The position numbers and the translations under genes were made by a program. From positions 1 to 30,296 of IMG/VR virus record IMGVR_UViG_3300048576_000053: a DNA stretch of 30,296 nucleotides; one strand, written 5' to 3'. Numbering within the stretch: the stretch's first letter is position 1; the number at the start of each line of letters is the position of its first letter. This document shows positions 26,198-30,296 of this stretch, in pieces. The notes beneath the pieces were generated by a model. That model saw nothing but the letters and a program-made list of their open reading frames with translations, did no database searches and was not told the DNA's origin. The DNA comes from a virus (lineage: Duplodnaviria; Caudoviricetes).

Positions 26198-26345
26198 TGT
26201 TATTTGTTGAATTTAACTTTTGACTATATGGCTTAAGAGGCACCTTCATTAACTCATGCCATATCGGATATATGCCTGCAAGATATACAGCATCATTTTT
26301 ATGAGGTTTATCTTTTTCCTTTTTGGGTTTCGGTTGTTTTTTCAT
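26187..26345 (-). CDS. 52-aa basic hypothetical protein (not in the ORF track)
   Basis: MKKQPKPKKEKDKPHKNDAVYLAGIYPIWHELMKVPLKPYSQKLNSTNNRAV; ATGA overlap with the methyltransferase stop. Confidence 0.5.
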   Translation of the reverse strand: MKKQPKPKKEKDKPHKNDAVYLAGIYPIWHELMKVPLKPYSQKLNSTNNRAV

Positions 26346-28531
26346 ATTGCAAGATTCAACTGATTACGTTGTTCAATAATTGAATTGAGATTGCGCAATG
26401 CGGTATCGTAATAGCTCTCTTTTAATTCGATGCCTATAAATTTCCGGTTCATCTTTATAGCCTGATATCCCTCAGAACCGATTCCGGCAAATGGACTAAA
26501 TACTGTTTCACCCTCATTAGTCCATAAGGCAATGCACCTTTCAATAACAGAGAGCTGTAAGGGACAAATATGTTTTTCATCATTGAAATCTGTTCCCTCA
26601 CGGTTATTCAAAACGTCCGTACGCTTAATATCCATCCAGACAGGTGAAGCCCACTTTTGCCAGGTTTCAAGAGAGAAATTATTTTTTGTTAAATTCATTA
26701 CCGGCTCCCAGTCATCTTCATTACCGTCCCACTTCCTGAATATTGTAATATATTCAGCAAGTCCGGTTCCTGAATAAGTAGAATCGCCTGTAACTTGTTT
26801 ATAAAGCAGTCTTTGTGTTTTTGTGCGCTGCATTTCCAAAACCGGGTCTGTCCAAATTGTAATCTTTGAATGATATTTGAATCCTGCTTTTTCAACGGCT
26901 CTATGATTATCGCCAGTAAAATCATACAGGCCAGTATAACCGGCAGAGTTTTTATATCTTGCTAAATCTTTTGTGTGAACCGCAATCAATCTGCCCGGCT
27001 TTATTTTCCTATAAAGCTTTTTAAGCAGGAATTGATATTGCTTAAAGAACTCTTTATCGTCCACGCAGTTACCCATATCCCTTAATGAATCCGAATAGGT
27101 GTAGAGATTTGAAAATGGAGGAGAGAAAACAGCGAAGTCCAAAGAGTCATCTTGAATACTTTCTATTTCAGCTACTGAATCGCCATTGATTAAAGTAAAA
27201 TATTCGTTCTTTGTTTCTCTACGAGTATAATCCATTTTCAGGCGGTAGTCTTTTCCGTTAATCGATTTATTCATTTCTTCCTGTAACTCCTTAAATTGTT
27301 CCTCTTTCTTTTTTATTGAGCTTATTACATTCTGCATTGTATCAGTAGTGATTATGTAAATGTTTACTACTTTTGATTGACCAAAACGATATGAACGCCT
27401 TACGGACTGGTAAAGCATTTCAAAACTGAAATCGAGTGAGGCGAAAACCTGATTGTTGCAATTCTGAAAGTTCATTCCGAAACCGGCTATTTTTGACTTT
27501 GTTATCAAGACTCTGAATTTGTTATCTGCAAAGTCTAATAGCTTTTGCTCTTTCGTTTCATTCTTTTCACTGCCAGTTACTTCGATTGCTCCGGGGATAA
27601 GATTTCTTAAATATTCGCCTTCCTCATTTTGTTTTATCCAGATTATAAATGGTTCGTCTGAATTATTAACTATTTCGGCGGCGTAGTTTAATCGCTCTGT
27701 TTTCGTATTACGCAATTCAGTGTTGAAATTAGTAGCATTGACAGAAATGTCATTAAAGAGTTTATCCGGCTGTCTTTTTGCTGTTATTACCATTTTTTCA
27801 TGGTAGCGCAATTCAGGGAGAATATATTTTGAACCGTCAAAACCGATATCGGCAGGATTTGAAATTACTATTGACCAACTTCGCATCCAGCCGTAAAAGT
27901 CTTTTTTAGCGTATCGTTTTAATCTGTAATTGTTAATTGATTCGTCTCTCATAAACCACCTCTGCCGCATATCAGCAGAATCCAAGACGTTCAAAAATTC
28001 AGAATGATTCCCGATCTCGTTCAAATCATTCGGCGCCGGTGTAGCCGTGCATGCTAACTTATAAGGCGTACTTTCAAAAGTGCTTATAATCAGCTTCTTA
28101 TATTCCCCGGTGTAATTTTTCAATATGGAACTTTCGTCAAGGACGATACCGATAAAAATGGTACAATCAATTTTATCGAGTTGCTCATAATTCAGGATAT
28201 AAATCCCTTTAGATGTTTGTCCGGAATATCGTTCAACTTTTATCCCAAACTTTTCACCCTCTTTAATCGTTTGCCCCGATACTGCCAAAGGGCAAAGAAT
28301 TAAAACAGGTTTATCGGTATGCTTTACGACCTGATAAGCCCATTCGAGCTGCATTATCGTTTTACCCATACCAGTATTTGCAAATATTGCATATCTGCCT
28401 TTTCTTAAAGCTTCGCATACAATATATTTTTCAAAATCGAATAAATTTTTATTCAACTGTTTACTTGATATTGAGAATCCGGCATCGGCAATATTCTTTA
28501 CTTTACTTTGTAAAAATTCAGTGTAGTTCAT
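26342..28531 (-). CDS. SNF2-like helicase fused to a beta-class N4/N6 DNA methyltransferase
   Basis: N-terminal TGMGKT, LDESS, CTATP, GFGMNFQ, QSVRRSYRFGQ; C-terminal FSPPF, KHICPLQ, SPFAGIGS. Confidence 0.9.
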   Translation of the reverse strand: MNYTEFLQSKVKNIADAGFSISSKQLNKNLFDFEKYIVCEALRKGRYAIFANTGMGKTIMQLEWAYQVVKHTDKPVLILCPLAVSGQTIKEGEKFGIKVERYSGQTSKGIYILNYEQLDKIDCTIFIGIVLDESSILKNYTGEYKKLIISTFESTPYKLACTATPAPNDLNEIGNHSEFLNVLDSADMRQRWFMRDESINNYRLKRYAKKDFYGWMRSWSIVISNPADIGFDGSKYILPELRYHEKMVITAKRQPDKLFNDISVNATNFNTELRNTKTERLNYAAEIVNNSDEPFIIWIKQNEEGEYLRNLIPGAIEVTGSEKNETKEQKLLDFADNKFRVLITKSKIAGFGMNFQNCNNQVFASLDFSFEMLYQSVRRSYRFGQSKVVNIYIITTDTMQNVISSIKKKEEQFKELQEEMNKSINGKDYRLKMDYTRRETKNEYFTLINGDSVAEIESIQDDSLDFAVFSPPFSNLYTYSDSLRDMGNCVDDKEFFKQYQFLLKKLYRKIKPGRLIAVHTKDLARYKNSAGYTGLYDFTGDNHRAVEKAGFKYHSKITIWTDPVLEMQRTKTQRLLYKQVTGDSTYSGTGLAEYITIFRKWDGNEDDWEPVMNLTKNNFSLETWQKWASPVWMDIKRTDVLNNREGTDFNDEKHICPLQLSVIERCIALWTNEGETVFSPFAGIGSEGYQAIKMNRKFIGIELKESYYDTALRNLNSIIEQRNQLNLAI

Positions 28532-28540
28532 AGACGCTCC

Positions 28541-28936
28541 TTAAAATGGTAAGTCGTCATCCTCTGGCTCTGCTTCAGTAGGTTCACTATTTGAAGCGGC
28601 AGGTGAGGATTGTTTTTCTAAAAGAACGACCTTTGCGTTTGCGATTTCGCAACCATAAATTTTATTACCGTCTTTCCCTTCATAATCGAATTTCCTTAAG
28701 CGTCCCTCTACATAAATATTGACACCTTTAACTAAGTGCCCTTTGATGTAATCGGAGCAATTTGAAATCTTTACATTATGCCAGGTGGTCTCATTTACCC
28801 ATTCACCTGATTTGTCTTTGTAACTATGAGTAGTGGCAACGCTAAAAGAAGTAACTGCAAAATCATTGTTGATAGTTTTTGTTTCAGCGTCCGCTCCGAT
28901 ACGGCCTATAATTTCGATTTTATTCATTGAAAACAT
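28541..28936 (-). CDS. ssb: Single-stranded DNA-binding protein
   Basis: MNKIEIIGRIG, TTWHNV, IYVEGRL and DDDLPF C-terminus. Confidence 0.96.
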   Translation of the reverse strand: MFSMNKIEIIGRIGADAETKTINNDFAVTSFSVATTHSYKDKSGEWVNETTWHNVKISNCSDYIKGHLVKGVNIYVEGRLRKFDYEGKDGNKIYGCEIANAKVVLLEKQSSPAASNSEPTEAEPEDDDLPF

Positions 28937-28951
28937 TTGTATTTCTCCATA

Positions 28952-28981
28952 TAAAAAAGGCGGCCTTTTTATTTGCCGCCT
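28952..28981 (-). terminator. Rho-independent terminator just upstream of ssb
   Basis: Minus strand AGGCGGC-AAATAAAAAG-GCCGCCT then TTTTTA. Confidence 0.7.
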
Positions 28982-29019
28982 GATTGATGTTTAGTTATTT
29001 GTAATAGATCGATTATGTT

Positions 29020-29361
29020 TTATAGTTTGAAATCCTCCTTTATTTCTTCAATGAATGTTGAAAGGTTGCGGACTAAATAATACTTTCCGTTTCGCCTTTC
29101 TATGTTGTTTTGAAATTCTCTTTGTGAGGGGCGCTGCCTGTCTGATTCCGTCCCTTTTATTTCAACAGATATGAATGTCCCGTCCGGTGCTATTCCGATT
29201 ACGTCGGCAATCCCTTTCATCTGGTTGTTAAATCGATATTGCCCTCTTTCGCCGTCGTATGTCCCTTGATTATTTACTCTGAATGCGAAGAAATTATTTA
29301 ACTTCAAATAATAAAGGACCGCATTAGTCAAATCATTTGTACGAGTTTTCCTTTTTGCCAT
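29020..29361 (-). CDS. VRR-NUC domain nuclease / resolvase
   Basis: KGIADVI..FISVEIK..QRPSQREF PD-(D/E)xK pattern; GGAG RBS before ATG 29361. Confidence 0.88.
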   Translation of the reverse strand: MAKRKTRTNDLTNAVLYYLKLNNFFAFRVNNQGTYDGERGQYRFNNQMKGIADVIGIAPDGTFISVEIKGTESDRQRPSQREFQNNIERRNGKYYLVRNLSTFIEEIKEDFKL

Positions 29362-29362
29362 A

Positions 29363-29656
29363 TTATTTACTCTCCAGATACTTGACATAGTTGATTAAAT
29401 TTTGAATCGCTTTGGGTAGATAGTGAATAGCATAATAAGGCTTGTGCTTTTCCGCTTCAATGTGCTGTTTACGGGTAAGCATAACAACTAAATAATCTGT
29501 GTACTTTTTCCCGATTGCAGAGCCTAAAATATGATGGACTTCTAAGCCGGGATTTTCAAGCCGCATATATAGCAGGAATCTATTTGATTTCTCGAATAGT
29601 AATTCATGCCGGAGTTTGACAAAATATTCTTTGGCAGTATAAGAAGTCTCATTCAT
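29363..29656 (-). CDS. Hypothetical protein with a His-Me-finger-like motif
   Basis: LEVHHI..TDYLVVMLTRKQH resembles a Cys-less HNH-type motif. Confidence 0.55.
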   Translation of the reverse strand: MNETSYTAKEYFVKLRHELLFEKSNRFLLYMRLENPGLEVHHILGSAIGKKYTDYLVVMLTRKQHIEAEKHKPYYAIHYLPKAIQNLINYVKYLESK

Positions 29657-29952
29657 CAGGACTCCTGCAAATTAAATTTATATGTGTACTTACCGCCTCT
29701 TTCGGAGCGCAGCCAATATAGTGCATCGAACTTAGCAGGTAGGCTTCTTATAATTTCCTCATTATCGGAATAACCGCCGGTGCTAATTGTCAACTCATTG
29801 AATCTTTTCTGTTTTGCGTTGTAATCAGAATATTCAAGACTTCCATAGTTGGTATCAAATACCGTTTCCAACGTATTCAGGAAATCTTCAAGGTCGCTAA
29901 TGAGATTAAAGCTTTTCAGCTTCGCTATTTTTGCATTCAGCGATTTTTCCAT
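29656..29952 (-). CDS. Hypothetical phage protein
   Basis: ISTGGYSDNEEII..WLRSERGG; GAGG RBS. Confidence 0.7.
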   Translation of the reverse strand: MEKSLNAKIAKLKSFNLISDLEDFLNTLETVFDTNYGSLEYSDYNAKQKRFNELTISTGGYSDNEEIIRSLPAKFDALYWLRSERGGKYTYKFNLQES

Positions 29953-30295
29953 CACCAACCTCTTTTAATGATTTTAAGTAGTTAATAAATCCCGTGTACT
30001 CTTTCAAATATTGTGGGTTGCCCTTGTGCGTTTCATTTACCTTTTTTTCAAATTCGGCAAGCGTTCCAGTAAAGCATCCGCACCAAACTATATCTCTATC
30101 GTAATTATACGTTGTCATTCCTTTGCGCGAACCAATACGAGTAACTGAAATAATTTTTTCGCTAAGGTCTGCACCGCTAAGGATTGCACCTCTAAGGTTT
30201 GCACCGCTAAGGATTGCACCTCTAAGGTTTGCATAGCTAAGGTTTGCATAGCTAAGGTCTGCACCGCTAAGGATTGCACCTCTAAGGTTTGCATA
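29906..30295 (-). CDS. Pentapeptide-repeat protein, 5' end outside the window
   Basis: Frame is open from the window edge: ..ANLRGAILSGADLSYANLS..ADLSEKIISVTRIGSRKGMTTY..WCGCFTGTLAEF. Confidence 0.9.
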   Translation of the reverse strand, partial: YANLRGAILSGADLSYANLSYANLRGAILSGANLRGAILSGADLSEKIISVTRIGSRKGMTTYNYDRDIVWCGCFTGTLAEFEKKVNETHKGNPQYLKEYTGFINYLKSLKEVGDGKIAECKNSEAEKL

Positions 30296-30296
30296 G
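30161..30296. repeat. 15-bp coding tandem repeat (about 9 units visible)
   Basis: Units of the form (G/T)CTAAGGnnTGCAnn, encoding A(N/D/I)L(S/R)(G/Y). Confidence 0.92.

Larger units (their letters stand above)
40..30296. mobile_element. Temperate siphovirus-like prophage (left part; continues beyond the window)
   Basis: tRNA-adjacent integrase followed by contiguous lysis, tail, head, packaging and replication modules with no obvious gene breaks. No tail sheath recognised. Confidence 0.93.

Noticed and set aside
2512-26925. Many antisense or overlapping ORFs (e.g. 3157..3531, 9811..10152, 16429..16836, 18701..19237, 23688..24122, 2512..2757)
   Set aside because: They shadow well-supported genes, mostly lack an RBS and show no recognisable motifs.
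30161-30296. Tandem repeats as a CRISPR array
   Set aside because: 15-bp contiguous units with no spacers, fully explained by in-frame pentapeptide coding; no cas genes seen.
2663-30296. Alternative genetic code / stop-codon reassignment
   Set aside because: Genes are full length under the standard code, tightly packed and often coupled through TGA/TAA overlaps; the only tRNA is a normal Arg tRNA.

Overview
Left ~30 kb of an apparently intact siphovirus-like prophage integrated at a tRNA-Arg(CCT). On the + strand: the tRNA, a tyrosine integrase and a two-gene accessory cassette (single-TM protein plus a stand-alone caspase-like C14 protease). Everything else is on the - strand. Read from right to left it comprises early/replication genes (pentapeptide repeat protein, VRR-NUC, SSB, SNF2-helicase/DNA-methyltransferase fusion, second SF2 helicase, YopX, HNH), a Mor-like regulator, TerS, PBSX-type TerL, SPP1-type portal, minor head, scaffold, P22-like coat, neck, tail tube, frameshifted tail chaperones, tape measure, tail tip, a 1199-aa fibre and a lysis cassette. 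TAnnTTTG-like promoters, a signal peptide followed by Gln and clear Shine-Dalgarno use suggest a Bacteroidota-related host such as Ignavibacteria/Chlorobi (inference). The most unusual observations are: (1) both the major capsid protein and the tail fibre carry N-terminal signal-peptide-like leaders; (2) three late promoters share an AATTAGGT box exactly 22 nt from a -7 element; (3) the tail tube protein shows a nested duplication; (4) the caspase + TM cassette is a candidate defence system. All family assignments come from reading motifs by eye, not from database searches.
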